A DNA stretch of 64,000 bases, taken from the NCBI GenBank assembly GCA_050014195.1, contig JBEKDT010000017.1, positions 34,038 to 98,037 on the forward strand, read 5' to 3'. The stretch is from Desulfomonilia bacterium (lineage in GTDB: Bacteria; Desulfobacterota; Desulfomonilia; UBA1062). This document shows positions 49,658 through 60,043 of this stretch, piece by piece (the first letter of the stretch is position 1; each line of letters opens with the position of its first letter). The notes under the pieces were generated by a model, which made no database searches, was not told where the DNA came from, and worked only from the letters and a program-made list of their open reading frames with translations. The position numbers were made by a program, and so were the translations under genes.

Positions 49658-50800
49658 TCAGAAATGTCTTTTCCCGGGTTTGTCCGACCTGTCGGATTTA
49701 TGAGAATCGGGAATCAGTCTCCATTCGCTCGTCTGCCAATTGTCCATATGTTTAACATCAAAGACCCAGGGGGGAATAGTTATGCACAGATATTTGGCCA
49801 GAGAATAGGCATAAGGCTCATACATGCGGCGCAGATCTCTCAGTTTCTGGTCAGTATCCTTTCCCTCACGCAGTTGCAATCCCGCTGCTGCAAGGGTGGA
49901 GCGCAGATGTGCAAGAACATGCTCGGGAAGGCGGTCATACTCCGGCTCTTGCGGGGGGGTGCTTAAGACTATTGAGAGATCGACAACGGCATGCCGGGCC
50001 ATGGCAAACGTTAATTCAGCTTGCCTGGCGCAGGCATCTTCTACACCAACGATGGTAAGCGCACAGGTATCCAGAATCGCCGTAAGGGCGCCCAGCCAGG
50101 ATTGGTTATCATGTTGTGAACGGAAAAAAGCAAGGGTCGGATATGACAAATGGATCTCAAGCAGCTCCGCAGACCATCGTTCCCAATCGTGGAGAAGCTG
50201 AAACAGCGTATCCAGGCCTTTGTCATGGCTGTGTCGAAGGAATATCTCGGCAGCTGTAGGTGGGGAGCCTGCCCGTGCATCCAAGAGGGAAATGGTTATC
50301 TCCCTTTGGGTAAATGACTGATTAAGTGCCGGGAGGTATCCGATGATGAGCGCGAGAAAGGCAAAGCCCATTCCTGCTTCCATCACGGTGAGGAACCTGG
50401 CAAACGCTGTGTGCGGGATAACATCACCCAACCCGAGTGTGAAGAATGTGGTACCGCTCAGATACAGGGCCATACCGAACCCGGGATATCCTTCTGCAGC
50501 ATGAAATGCCGATATTTGTGCGGAGTACATGAGGGCAAAGCCAAAGATCAGGCCTCCGGCCCAGATGATCAGTAAAAGCAGGAGAGAAAGCGGGCCATAA
50601 TAGCTCAGGTAGGTTTCACGGTATCTGTCTGAAACTATAGAGCGGGACAATCTTGACCACGGCAGCCATGTGAAGCGAAAGAAAAGACGGGCAAGTCGAA
50701 TGCGGCGGATCACCCGACGCGGAAGAAGGATCGTCTCGAAGGCATCACCGAGGATGATGGCGATGAGCCCGGCACCCAGAACTGCCGACAAAATCATCAT
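49658..50800 (-). CDS. Ion-transport (two-TM pore-loop) channel-like membrane protein with an atypical filter
   Basis: It has an N-terminal TM pair flanking 'FFTLGLGDVIP', a pore-loop-like sequence (TxGxGD, compared with the canonical TVGYGD). A large cytoplasmic C-terminal domain follows. Confidence 0.4.
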   Translation of the reverse strand: MMILSAVLGAGLIAIILGDAFETILLPRRVIRRIRLARLFFRFTWLPWSRLSRSIVSDRYRETYLSYYGPLSLLLLLIIWAGGLIFGFALMYSAQISAFHAAEGYPGFGMALYLSGTTFFTLGLGDVIPHTAFARFLTVMEAGMGFAFLALIIGYLPALNQSFTQREITISLLDARAGSPPTAAEIFLRHSHDKGLDTLFQLLHDWERWSAELLEIHLSYPTLAFFRSQHDNQSWLGALTAILDTCALTIVGVEDACARQAELTFAMARHAVVDLSIVLSTPPQEPEYDRLPEHVLAHLRSTLAAAGLQLREGKDTDQKLRDLRRMYEPYAYSLAKYLCITIPPWVFDVKHMDNWQTSEWRLIPDSHKSDRSDKPGKRHF

Positions 50801-51079
50801 CTATACTCCGGGCGGTATTCATTTTGCCTGATGTGACAGCTGTCATGAACCCTGAGATCGCACATGAATTTCATATCTTTGTCTGTCCTTACGTCTTTGA
50901 TGTTCAGGTATAGAATAAAGTCACAGAGAGCATTTTCAAGCTCTTCTTCCTGAACCCGGCTGTGAATGGACAATTAACCCTGCTTCATCCGATTCACAAA
51001 TTTTACGGATACCACCCATTGCCTCCGGCCCTGCTGCCTATTATTTGTTTGTAAAGCGCCTGGTAATTCAGGAGGTCTT

Positions 51080-51298
51080 ATGGACGCTCATAAGATGTAC
51101 AGATACCGGTACAAGGTCAAGATATTGAATGCATCCGGCTGCGGTCCGGTGCACAGGGACCGGGTCGTATCCAGGCATATCTCCTTGGAAAATGCAAGGA
51201 AGGCCAAGGGCAAAATTTTGAGTGCCGAGCAAGGCGGAGGGATCACATCACCATACTACATATGGGACGAGCTCGAGCAGAGGATAATAGAATTCTAA
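51080..51298 (+). CDS. Hypothetical small protein (72 aa)
   Basis: It is an isolated ORF in an otherwise non-coding gap and has no recognisable motifs. Confidence 0.25.
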   Translation: MDAHKMYRYRYKVKILNASGCGPVHRDRVVSRHISLENARKAKGKILSAEQGGGITSPYYIWDELEQRIIEF

Positions 51299-51346
51299 TT
51301 ACACTTGAATAAATAGTCTTAAAAACAAGGATACGAAAGATCCGTC

Positions 51347-51769
51347 ATGATGCTGAGGAAAAGAGATTGGGGGGTAATTGCAGGTGAAGCAGGTCTGTTC
51401 TTCATCATACTCATAGTTTTATATCTTGATGAGTATGTCGATCTGCCTTACCATATGCTTGGGGCACCGCATACACCGTACAGGCCTCAGGAATACATCC
51501 TTGAGTCACTTTCTGTCCTTGTTGTCGCCATAATCATCATCATGGTAACCTATATCATACTCCGGAGAACCGCCCGGCTTGAGCGATTCTTAAGGGTCTG
51601 CGCCTGGTGCAGAAAGGTATGGGTGAATGACAAATGGGTGAGCTTTGAAGAATACGCACTGAAACGGCACTCACTGAAATCCAGCCACGGCATCTGTGAA
51701 GAGTGTGTGGCCAGACTCGAGAAAAAGGCCGAACAAAAGAAGGCTGACAAGCAAGAAGACTCACAGTGA
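51347..51769 (+). CDS. Hypothetical membrane protein with a C-terminal CxxC…CxxC zinc-ribbon-like motif
   Basis: It has two hydrophobic helices, then 'CAWCRKVW…CEECVARL'. Confidence 0.3.
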   Translation: MMLRKRDWGVIAGEAGLFFIILIVLYLDEYVDLPYHMLGAPHTPYRPQEYILESLSVLVVAIIIIMVTYIILRRTARLERFLRVCAWCRKVWVNDKWVSFEEYALKRHSLKSSHGICEECVARLEKKAEQKKADKQEDSQ

Positions 51770-51863
51770 TTCCATAAGTGGTTCATTGCTTAATGTTGAC
51801 ATCATCTTTGTTCTCACTCATTCTATGACGTATGTGTGAACCCGTCAAAGGAGGATCGTAACA

Positions 51864-52532
51864 ATGAAGATCATGGCCATAAACGGAAGTCCCCGGAAAA
51901 GCCAGAGCCGTACCGGCCAGATTCTCAGAGAGGTCCTCTCCGGGGCGAAAGGTGCCGGTTCCGATATTGAATACATAGATATAACCACCCTGAATGTAGA
52001 CTGCTGCATCGGGTGCGACAAATGCCATCATCTGGGCCGGTGTGCCCGGAACGACGACTTCAATGACCTGTTTGAAAAGATGCTCGCCAGAGACGGCCTT
52101 ATTCTCGGCAGTCCCGTATATATCTTCCAGGTCACGGCACAGCTCAAGGCCTTCATAGACCGCCTCGGTCACGCCATCCACTGCCAGCGCCTGCTGGGCA
52201 AGTACGGTGCAGTGGTAGCCACCGCCGGCGGCTCCGGGCAGGTTGAGACCGCAGATTATATGGAGACCCTCCTGAACCGTATGGGCGTTCAGTGTACGGG
52301 CCGGGTGGCCTGCACCCTGGATGACGGCCTTGTCCCGGCCGGGTCTGATGTCATGAGGCGCTCAAGAGAGCTTGGCCAAACCCTTGTATCGGCAATCAGT
52401 GAGAAGAAGGATTTCCCCGAACAGCTCCACACACTATCCCAGATGCGCCAATATTTCTGTAATATCATGATAAAGCGGAAAGAACGGTGGGACTGGGAAT
52501 ATAAATATTGGCAGGAAAAGCGCTGGCTGTAG
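51864..52532 (+). CDS. Iron-sulfur flavoprotein / NADPH-dependent FMN reductase family
   Basis: It has 'MKIMAINGSPRKSQSRT' (flavodoxin-like) and a compact Cys motif 'CCIGCDKCHHLGRC'. A strong RBS, AAAGGAGG, is upstream. Confidence 0.7.
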   Translation: MKIMAINGSPRKSQSRTGQILREVLSGAKGAGSDIEYIDITTLNVDCCIGCDKCHHLGRCARNDDFNDLFEKMLARDGLILGSPVYIFQVTAQLKAFIDRLGHAIHCQRLLGKYGAVVATAGGSGQVETADYMETLLNRMGVQCTGRVACTLDDGLVPAGSDVMRRSRELGQTLVSAISEKKDFPEQLHTLSQMRQYFCNIMIKRKERWDWEYKYWQEKRWL

Positions 52533-52765
52533 CAGGGGAGAAAAGGGAGGTTTGATATGCACTTTGAATTGACTGCAGGGCAGCAAATCTTCAGCCATGG
52601 GATACAGGAGGCAGAGGTACCTGCGTGAAAGCTACTTGTCCCTCTATGCCTGCGGGACTTCGGAAATACATAAAAAACGTGATATCGAGATTTCCATAAT
52701 CCATAGCCCACTCACTATGACCTTGATCCCGGTAGACCCGGATACAACTGCTTTACTAATTGACT

Positions 52766-52778
52766 ATTTGAATCAAAT
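52766..52778. promoter_or_regulatory. Palindrome ATTTGA-a-TCAAAT, candidate TetR operator
   Basis: It is a perfect 6+6 inverted repeat 17 nt upstream of the tetR ATG. Confidence 0.3.
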
Positions 52779-52794
52779 ATTCTAATATTCATTA

Positions 52795-53382
52795 ATGGCA
52801 ATGGACAAAGACCGGAAGCTCAATGACATCCTCAAGGCTGCCTTAAGGCTGTTTGCCCATTACGGGTTCAAGAAGACCACGCTGGATGATGTGGCAAACG
52901 AGCTGGGAATGACCAAGAGCAACCTCTATTTCTACGTGACCAACAAGCGGGATCTCTACGAAAAGACCGTAAGCATGGCCTTCCAGGAGTGGCAGACCGC
53001 GGTGGTCGAGGCAGTAGGCGAGGTGGACGATGTGGCAGAGAAATTCTCAGTCATGGCCATGAGGTCCATTGAATACCTTGTAGACCATGAGGAGCTCCGT
53101 TCCGTATTCATGAAAGACCCCGGCATCTTTACCCTCTACCCGGCCGAAGACCGCTTCTATGAAATCAACAAGGGCGCCATGCTGCTCATAGAGGATATCC
53201 TGTCCCAGGGCATCAAGCAAGGCCGGTTTTACGACATGGATGTGCAACACATTGCCGAACTCTTCTTCTCCATCTACATCATGTTCCTGATCAAGACGTA
53301 CGTGAAATCCGAAGGGGTCTCCGCGATGCGCATGTATGAGGAAGGCCTCAAGATCATCCTGCGAGGATTGTGCAGGAACTGA
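52795..53382 (+). CDS. TetR/AcrR-family transcriptional regulator
   Basis: It has the HTH 'FAHYGFKKTTLDDVANELGMTKSNLYFYV'. Confidence 0.8.
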   Translation: MAMDKDRKLNDILKAALRLFAHYGFKKTTLDDVANELGMTKSNLYFYVTNKRDLYEKTVSMAFQEWQTAVVEAVGEVDDVAEKFSVMAMRSIEYLVDHEELRSVFMKDPGIFTLYPAEDRFYEINKGAMLLIEDILSQGIKQGRFYDMDVQHIAELFFSIYIMFLIKTYVKSEGVSAMRMYEEGLKIILRGLCRN

Positions 53383-53487
53383 CCGGGAAACCGGCAGGAT
53401 AAGAGGAACGGACTTAATAATCTCCCGCAACACGGGAATGCCCGGCGATTATTCGCGCACATAGGTGAAAAACATGAGGAGGGAACC

Positions 53488-54879
53488 ATGCCGAAAGAAA
53501 AAGAAATGTATGATCTTATTATCGTGGGCGCCGGCAGCGGCGGGTGCGCCACCGCCAAGGTAGCTGCGGAACAGGGTCTCAAGGTACTGCTGATCGACAG
53601 GCGGAAAAAAGCGGATATAGGGGACAAGCTCACCTTCGATACAATCCCCGTATACGCGTTTGAAGCGCTCGATATCCCTGTACCGGAAGGAGACGAGCTG
53701 GATATGAGGATGCTGAAGCTGAAGGTGTTCTCGCCGAACAGGAAACATTCCTTCGAAGCCGATCTCGATGGATACCTGGCACACAGGCACTTGCTGGGAC
53801 AGCGACTCCTGAAATATGCCCTGGATGCCGGTTGCACACTCCTTGCCGAGACGGAAGTGATTGACCCCCTGATAGATAAGGACTTTATCGTGGGCGTGAG
53901 ATGCCGGACTCCCAAGGATTCGATGCAAGAGTACCGTTCCAGGGTCGTTGTCGATGCAAGCGGATTCTTCGCGGTCGTACGGGACAAGCTTCCCCACACC
54001 GTCTACCACAAGGAAGGGATGATACCCGAAGATACCGTACTCTGTTATCGGGAGGTGCGGGACCTCACGGGCAGTTCCGATTACATCCCCCCGAACGACT
54101 ACCCCGGCTGGTATTGTACCCTTGAGAACCGCGGCTATTTCTGGATAGTGCCCGAAGATAAGGACAAGACCAATATCGGCTGCGGCATACCGAAGTATCC
54201 TGGCTATCCGAACCCCGAAAAGGTGACGCTGGATTTCTGTAAGGCGCATCCGGACAAGATCGGTGATAAGGTGTATGCAAAGGGTACAGGCCCTACGCCC
54301 AACCTGCCCATGAGGCCTTGCCAGCCCGAGCTTGTCGGGAACGGATTCATGCTGGTCGGTGATGCAGGTTATCAGGTATCGACGAATTCCGGATTCGGGG
54401 TTCCGGGGTCGGTGATTGCCGGCAAGATCGCTGCAAATGTGGCCGCCGCAGCCATCAAAAGGGGCGATGTCGACAGAAAAGGCCTGTGGGAGTATAACGT
54501 ACAATACAAGAGGGGGTTCGGATCTGTCCGTCCCTTTGCGGATGCCATCCGGATCTTTGTCCAGAACCTGTCCCACGAAGAAATCGACGCGCTGATTCAG
54601 ACCGGACTTATGGGCTCCAAGGAGTTCAGCGCGCTGTGGAGCGACCGCACCTTCGACTATACGGTTCAGGAACGCATCGCCAAATTCATGAGCAGCAAAA
54701 GACATTTGGGGCTGTTCATCAAGGTCTCCGTCGTATTCCTGATTGCGAAGCGTCTGGAGAAACTCTACAAGAATTTCCCCTTCGCGATCGATGATTTTAA
54801 TGCATGGATGCTCAAGCGGACTTTCCTGTATGCACTCCTATTCAAGTCCCTCGGCCTGAAAAGGGGGATTGCAGCTTAA
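53488..54879 (+). CDS. FAD-dependent oxidoreductase, geranylgeranyl-reductase-like family
   Basis: It has the dinucleotide-binding motif 'YDLIIVGAGSGGCATAKVAAEQGLKVLLIDRR' and 'GNGFMLVGDAGYQV'. Confidence 0.7.
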   Translation: MPKEKEMYDLIIVGAGSGGCATAKVAAEQGLKVLLIDRRKKADIGDKLTFDTIPVYAFEALDIPVPEGDELDMRMLKLKVFSPNRKHSFEADLDGYLAHRHLLGQRLLKYALDAGCTLLAETEVIDPLIDKDFIVGVRCRTPKDSMQEYRSRVVVDASGFFAVVRDKLPHTVYHKEGMIPEDTVLCYREVRDLTGSSDYIPPNDYPGWYCTLENRGYFWIVPEDKDKTNIGCGIPKYPGYPNPEKVTLDFCKAHPDKIGDKVYAKGTGPTPNLPMRPCQPELVGNGFMLVGDAGYQVSTNSGFGVPGSVIAGKIAANVAAAAIKRGDVDRKGLWEYNVQYKRGFGSVRPFADAIRIFVQNLSHEEIDALIQTGLMGSKEFSALWSDRTFDYTVQERIAKFMSSKRHLGLFIKVSVVFLIAKRLEKLYKNFPFAIDDFNAWMLKRTFLYALLFKSLGLKRGIAA

Positions 54880-54938
54880 GCGCCTTTGGTAAAGGTGGGG
54901 TATGCCGGGAAGAGTATACCCTTGAATGCAAACCGGTA

Positions 54939-56615
54939 TCAGGCCACATCGTTGGCCGCAGCCCGGCCTGCGGCCCGGCCTGAGAACATACATCCGCCGA
55001 GGAACGTCCCCTCCAGCGCACGGTAGCCGTGCATGCCCCCGCCGCCGAATCCGGACACCTCTCCTGCTGCATATACCCCGGGCAGAGGCTGGCCGTCGGC
55101 TTTCAAAACTCGGCCGGAGAGGTCGGTCTCCAGCCCGCCTAAGGTCTTGCGCGTGAGTATCCACAGCCTCACCGCAATCAGAGGGCCTGCAGCCGGATCG
55201 AGAATCCGGTGCGGCCTTGCCACCCGGACCAGCTTGTCGCCGAGATAGGCGCGCGCCGCCCTGATCGAGGTGACCTGTGCATCTTTGCCGAAGGGGTTGA
55301 TGATCTGCCGGTCGCGCCCCACTATCTCCCGTTCGAGCTCGACCGGATCGATAAGGGACTCGCCGGTCAGGGCGTTCATCCCTTGCACGAGTTCTCTCAG
55401 CGTGCGCCTAACCACAAAATCCGCACCGCGCTTTTTGAATGCCTCCACGGGTCCCGGCGCGCCGGGCAGGGCACGGCCTAGAGTTTTGAGGATGCTGCGG
55501 CCCGTGAGGTCGGGGTTCTGCTCGGAGCCGGACAGGGCGAACTCGCGGGCAATGATGCGCTGGTTGAGCAGGAACCACGAATAATCGTAACCTGTAGTGG
55601 CGATATGCTGGAGCGCCCCCAGGGTGTCGAACACGGGGAACAGGGGGATCGGCAGGCGATATCCTCTCGCGTCCAGCCACAGCGGCGACGGGCCGCTCAG
55701 GATGCGGATGCCGTGGCTGCTCCAGATCGGGGCGTAGTTTTGTATGCCCTCAGGGTAGTGCCACATCCGGTCGGGATTGATGATACGCCCACCGCTCAAG
55801 CCGACGATCTCGAGCATACGCCCGTCCACGTAGTCAGGCACGCCCGATATCATGCGCTGCGGCGGATCACCCATGCGCTTCGGCCAATTGCGGCGCACCA
55901 GGTCGTGGTTGGCGCCTATCCCGCCGGAGGTGACGATCACGGCCTGGGCCTTCAGCGCAAACTCGCCCGTTACCACACGGGAGCTGGGTGCGCCGCGAAC
56001 GGCATCGCTCGGTTCCAGCACATCACCGTGGACGCCCTCGACCGCACCTCCGCTCATGCTTAGCCCGGTGACCCGGTGCCGGAATCTAAACGTCACCAGG
56101 CCCTGTTTCTCGCCCTCGCGCACACGCCGGATGAACGGCTCAAGCACAGCCGGGCCCGTACCCCATGTCACATGAAAGCGGGGGACCGAGTTGCCATGCC
56201 CGGTCGCCAGATAGCCACCGCGCTCCGCCCACTGCACGATAGGAAATATCCGCACACCCAGGGCCTGCATCCAGGCGCGCTTCTCTCCGGAGGCGAAGCC
56301 GACATAGGCCTCTGCCCATCGGCGCGGCCAGTAGTCTTCATCCCGGTCAAATCCTGCGGTGCCGAGCCAGTCCTGCAGGGCCAGCTCGTAGGAATCCTTT
56401 ATGCCCAGCCGGCGCTGCTCCGGCGAGTTGACGAAGAACAGGCCGCCGAAGGACCAGAATGCCTGCCCGCCAAGCGACGCCTCCGGCTCCTGGTCCAGTA
56501 CGATCACCCGCCTGCCCGCATCCGTGAGCTCAGAGGCGGCAACGAGGCCGGCAAGACCTGCACCGATTATAATCACATCCGCATCATTACTCATCAATCT
56601 TCCTCCTGCAGCCAT
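54939..56615 (-). CDS. FAD-binding dehydrogenase (FAD_binding_2 / fumarate-reductase-flavoprotein-like)
   Basis: It has the N-terminal 'DADVIIIGAGLAGLVAASEL…LGGQAFWSFGG'. It is 558 aa and GC-rich. Confidence 0.65.
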   Translation of the reverse strand: MAAGGRLMSNDADVIIIGAGLAGLVAASELTDAGRRVIVLDQEPEASLGGQAFWSFGGLFFVNSPEQRRLGIKDSYELALQDWLGTAGFDRDEDYWPRRWAEAYVGFASGEKRAWMQALGVRIFPIVQWAERGGYLATGHGNSVPRFHVTWGTGPAVLEPFIRRVREGEKQGLVTFRFRHRVTGLSMSGGAVEGVHGDVLEPSDAVRGAPSSRVVTGEFALKAQAVIVTSGGIGANHDLVRRNWPKRMGDPPQRMISGVPDYVDGRMLEIVGLSGGRIINPDRMWHYPEGIQNYAPIWSSHGIRILSGPSPLWLDARGYRLPIPLFPVFDTLGALQHIATTGYDYSWFLLNQRIIAREFALSGSEQNPDLTGRSILKTLGRALPGAPGPVEAFKKRGADFVVRRTLRELVQGMNALTGESLIDPVELEREIVGRDRQIINPFGKDAQVTSIRAARAYLGDKLVRVARPHRILDPAAGPLIAVRLWILTRKTLGGLETDLSGRVLKADGQPLPGVYAAGEVSGFGGGGMHGYRALEGTFLGGCMFSGRAAGRAAANDVA

Positions 56616-56811
56616 GTCACAAGGCAGCTTATATGTGCCATCTGTTATGCCGTATGACTATTGCTTATATAAGTATTTGGAGGGCTGAAAGGGAGAGGGG
56701 CCGGGTTTTTTAGATTTATAATTCCGAACGGCCTTAGGCCTTCTCGGCAGGAACTACTGACTGAGGTACTTTCCTCCGACGACTCGTGCCGGCTAGCATC
56801 ATCAACCATGA

Positions 56812-58137
56812 TCATCCATAATGCGCTCTAGCCGCCTCCAACAGGATATCGATCATGTGCCGTAGATCCGACTCGTCAATGTTGAGCGGCGGCCACAGGT
56901 AAATCGTGGGCCCCAGGGGGCGGATGAAGAGGCCGAGTTCGTAAGCCCGGCGCACTATTTCACGGACGCGGGCGGCCCCACCGGCCGAATCCTTGATCTC
57001 GACGGCCGCAATCATCCCGAGCGCTTGCATGGGAGAATCTTCAAGCAGGACTGCGAGACGGCCCATGCCGTTCTCAAGGATACTCGCAGGGCCGGCCAGA
57101 CGCTCAATGACCTGTTCCTCTTCATAGACCTTAAGCGCAGCCAGGGCAACGGCACTGGTGATCGGGTTACCGCAGAACGTAGTGCCGTGATGAAAGGTTC
57201 GCGTCAGCTCACCGTCGGCGCGGAAGGTGTCATATATCTCATCGGTGACCATCGTGGCGCTCATGGGCAGCATACCCCCGGTCAGCCCCTTGCCCAGGGT
57301 TATTATATCGGGCTTGATGCCTGCCTTCTCGCAGGCGAACATGGCGCCGGTGCGGCCGAACCCTACCGCTACCTCGTCGGCGATGAGGAGGAGGCCGTGC
57401 TTGTCGCAAAGCTCGCGCAGGCGGCGCAGGTATCCTGAAGGGTAGATGCGCATCCCTGCGGCAGCCTGGCAGAGCGGCTCGACGATCACGGCGGCGCACC
57501 CGGAGTGATGTTCATGAACCAGCTCGGCCATCGAGTCAAAGCACTCGATGCCGCATCGTCCGGGCCGAAGGCCTAGGGGGCAACGGGCGCAGTGAGGCGA
57601 GGTCGCCCGCCACGACGGCGTGGCGGCAGGGCCGAACGGTTTATGGAAGGTATCGATGTAGCCCACGCCGATGCCGCCCAGGCTGTCGCCATGGTAGCCA
57701 TCCTTAAGGGCGATGAAGCGGGTACGGCCTGTCTTCCCAAGGTTGGTCCAGTACTGCAGCGCGATCTTGAGCGCCGCCTCTACGGCCATGGAACCGTCGG
57801 CTGCGAACATGGCATGGCCCAGGCCAAAAGGGACTACAAGGGAGAGGCGCTCAGCCAGCTCGATGGCCAGGGGATGCGACATGCCGCCCAGAAGCGTGTG
57901 CTGCAGGCGCGCGGCCTGTTCCTGAATGGCCCGTACCAACCTCGGGTGGCTGTGCCCCAGGTTCACGCACCACCATGAGGATATGCCGTCGAGTAATGCG
58001 CGGCCGTTCATTTCATAAAGTGTGCAGCCTTCGGCCCTGTCGATGATGGGAAACTCGGTCCGCTCGAAGGAAGTGATCTCGGTATAGGGATGCCATACGG
58101 CTTGGACGGACCGGCGGCGCATATCATGGTAACGCAT
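56812..58137 (-). CDS. bioA: Adenosylmethionine-8-amino-7-oxononanoate aminotransferase
   Basis: It is a class-III aminotransferase with 'VWHPYTEITSF' and the PLP-lysine region 'LLIADEVAVGFGRTG', and it sits in a bio operon. Confidence 0.85.
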   Translation of the reverse strand: MRYHDMRRRSVQAVWHPYTEITSFERTEFPIIDRAEGCTLYEMNGRALLDGISSWWCVNLGHSHPRLVRAIQEQAARLQHTLLGGMSHPLAIELAERLSLVVPFGLGHAMFAADGSMAVEAALKIALQYWTNLGKTGRTRFIALKDGYHGDSLGGIGVGYIDTFHKPFGPAATPSWRATSPHCARCPLGLRPGRCGIECFDSMAELVHEHHSGCAAVIVEPLCQAAAGMRIYPSGYLRRLRELCDKHGLLLIADEVAVGFGRTGAMFACEKAGIKPDIITLGKGLTGGMLPMSATMVTDEIYDTFRADGELTRTFHHGTTFCGNPITSAVALAALKVYEEEQVIERLAGPASILENGMGRLAVLLEDSPMQALGMIAAVEIKDSAGGAARVREIVRRAYELGLFIRPLGPTIYLWPPLNIDESDLRHMIDILLEAARAHYG

Positions 58138-58140
58138 GAT

Positions 58141-58854
58141 TCAGAGCTCCTTATGAAGATCCCACGCACCCAGGGCCCGGTCCAACAGGTCCGTGTCGGG
58201 CGGGGCGCCCAGCCAGGGGATACGGGCCAGGACCCGGATGTTCCCGAACGATTGGATGGCGTGCAGGTTGTCGTCGTAAATAAACCGGTCATGCTCCGCA
58301 ACGGAGCGGGTATCATTGAGAATGACCCCGAGAATCTTGAGATTGCGGCTGCGCAGGGCTTCGAGTGAAAGCAGTACGTGATTGATCGTGCCCAGACCCG
58401 AGTGGCCCACCAGCAGCACCGGCATCGACATCACAGCGGCAAGATCCAGCATGGTTTCGGATTCGTTCAGCGGAACCATAAGGCCCCCTGCACCCTCGAC
58501 CACCAGCAACCGGTGACGCTCTGCCAACACCCGGGCGCTCTCCAGGATGACCTCCAGGCGGATCGGCCTACCGGCCAGGCGGGCAGCCAGATGAGGCGAA
58601 CAGGCAGGTTCATAGAGGTAGGGTGCAAGGTGGTGCATGGTCTTATCATCCACGGTCAATCCGGTTGCCTGAAGTACGAAGTCGATATCCGGGGCTGTTG
58701 CATGCCCTGTTGCATCGAGGTAAGCACCGGTCTGCACGGGCTTCATCATCATGGCGTCCACACCGTGCCGTAGAAGGCGGCGCATGAGACCGGCAACGGT
58801 TATGGTTTTGCCTACATCAGTGCCCGTGCCGGTGACGAAGATCCCGGGGATCAT
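58141..58854 (-). CDS. bioD: Dethiobiotin synthase
   Basis: It has 'MIPGIFVTGTGTDVGKTIT'. The track start at 58926 overlaps bioF. The internal ATG at 58854, with an RBS, lies 20 nt after the bioF stop. Confidence 0.8.
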   Translation of the reverse strand: MIPGIFVTGTGTDVGKTITVAGLMRRLLRHGVDAMMMKPVQTGAYLDATGHATAPDIDFVLQATGLTVDDKTMHHLAPYLYEPACSPHLAARLAGRPIRLEVILESARVLAERHRLLVVEGAGGLMVPLNESETMLDLAAVMSMPVLLVGHSGLGTINHVLLSLEALRSRNLKILGVILNDTRSVAEHDRFIYDDNLHAIQSFGNIRVLARIPWLGAPPDTDLLDRALGAWDLHKEL

Positions 58855-58874
58855 GCGGTTTTCTTCCATCCCTT

Positions 58875-60038
58875 TCAAACCAGGCCCATATCCCGGAACA
58901 CCCGGCCGATCTGTGCTGCTGCCCACTGGAGATCATGCATCTCATGAGAGAGTGTGACTGAAAGGCGCAGGCGCGCTGTGCCGCGCGGTACGGTCGGGGG
59001 GCGTATGGCGGTCACCAGCAGACCTTGCCCGCGCAGGCGCTGCGCCAGCTCCAGCGCCGCTTCATTCTCGCCGACGGGCACGGGGAGAATCTGGGAAAAA
59101 AAATCCGGGAGTCTCAGCCCCTCGGCCTTCAACAGGCCATGGAAGGTCTTTGCACGATCCAGCAGCCGCTCGCCCATATCAGGATCTTGACTGATCCGCT
59201 CTATCGCCCCTAGTGCGGCCCCCAGGCAGGCAGGTGACAGGGCCGTTGCAAAAATGAAGCTGCGGGCGCGATTGATCAGGAACTCGCGGCTTATCTCCGA
59301 GCAGACGACAAAGCCGCCCATACTGCCCAGCGCCTTGCCGAGCGTACCGGCTGTGAAGTCCGGCAGGATACCCTTGCCCACTTGGCGGCAAACGCCCCCG
59401 CCTTTTCCCCAGATCCCTACGGCATGCGCCTCATCCACCAGCATGACGGCCCGGTGTTTAGCCGCCAGGGTTCGTATTTTTTCAAAAGGTGCCAGGTCGC
59501 CGTCCATGCTGAATACCGATTCTGTCACGATGAGCCGGCGTCCCCGGCAGGGTGTGGTCTCCATCAGGTGAGCTAAGCCGGCAACGTCGTTGTGGGGAAA
59601 GGGTTTGATGGTGGCTCGGCTCAGGCGGGCGCCATCGATCAGGCTGGCATGCACCAGCCGGTCTGAGAAAATGATGTCGTCGCGGCCTGCCAGCGCCGCC
59701 ACCACACCGACATTCATGCCGAAACCGCTGCTGAAAACCAGCGCTTTTTCCCCGCCGACAAGGCGGGCCAAGGCGGCTTCCAGTTCCTCGTGTAACTCAA
59801 GTGTGCCGCACATCAGGCGCGAGGCTGTGGCCCCGCAACCCCAACGCTCGATCACCTCTATGGCCCGGCGCTTGACATGCGGGTCTCGGGCGAGTCCAAG
59901 GTAATCGTTGGAGGAAAAGTTGAGCAGTGTCCTGCCGTCTGCGAGCTCGATTCTCCCTCCGGACTGTGGCCAAACCTCAGTGCGGCGGCGCAGTGCCGCG
60001 CGTTCAAGTTGTTCGAGTTCGCGTTGCAGAAAATCCAT
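58875..60038 (-). CDS. bioF: 8-amino-7-oxononanoate synthase
   Basis: It has 'FSSNDYLGL' and 'GTLGKALGSMGG', with the PLP lysine. Confidence 0.85.
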   Translation of the reverse strand: MDFLQRELEQLERAALRRRTEVWPQSGGRIELADGRTLLNFSSNDYLGLARDPHVKRRAIEVIERWGCGATASRLMCGTLELHEELEAALARLVGGEKALVFSSGFGMNVGVVAALAGRDDIIFSDRLVHASLIDGARLSRATIKPFPHNDVAGLAHLMETTPCRGRRLIVTESVFSMDGDLAPFEKIRTLAAKHRAVMLVDEAHAVGIWGKGGGVCRQVGKGILPDFTAGTLGKALGSMGGFVVCSEISREFLINRARSFIFATALSPACLGAALGAIERISQDPDMGERLLDRAKTFHGLLKAEGLRLPDFFSQILPVPVGENEAALELAQRLRGQGLLVTAIRPPTVPRGTARLRLSVTLSHEMHDLQWAAAQIGRVFRDMGLV

Positions 60039-60043
60039 AATGA

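Noticed and set aside
53449-54705. 418-aa minus-strand ORF
   Set aside because: It is antisense to the FAD oxidoreductase (53488-54879). Long shadow ORFs are expected in GC-rich DNA.
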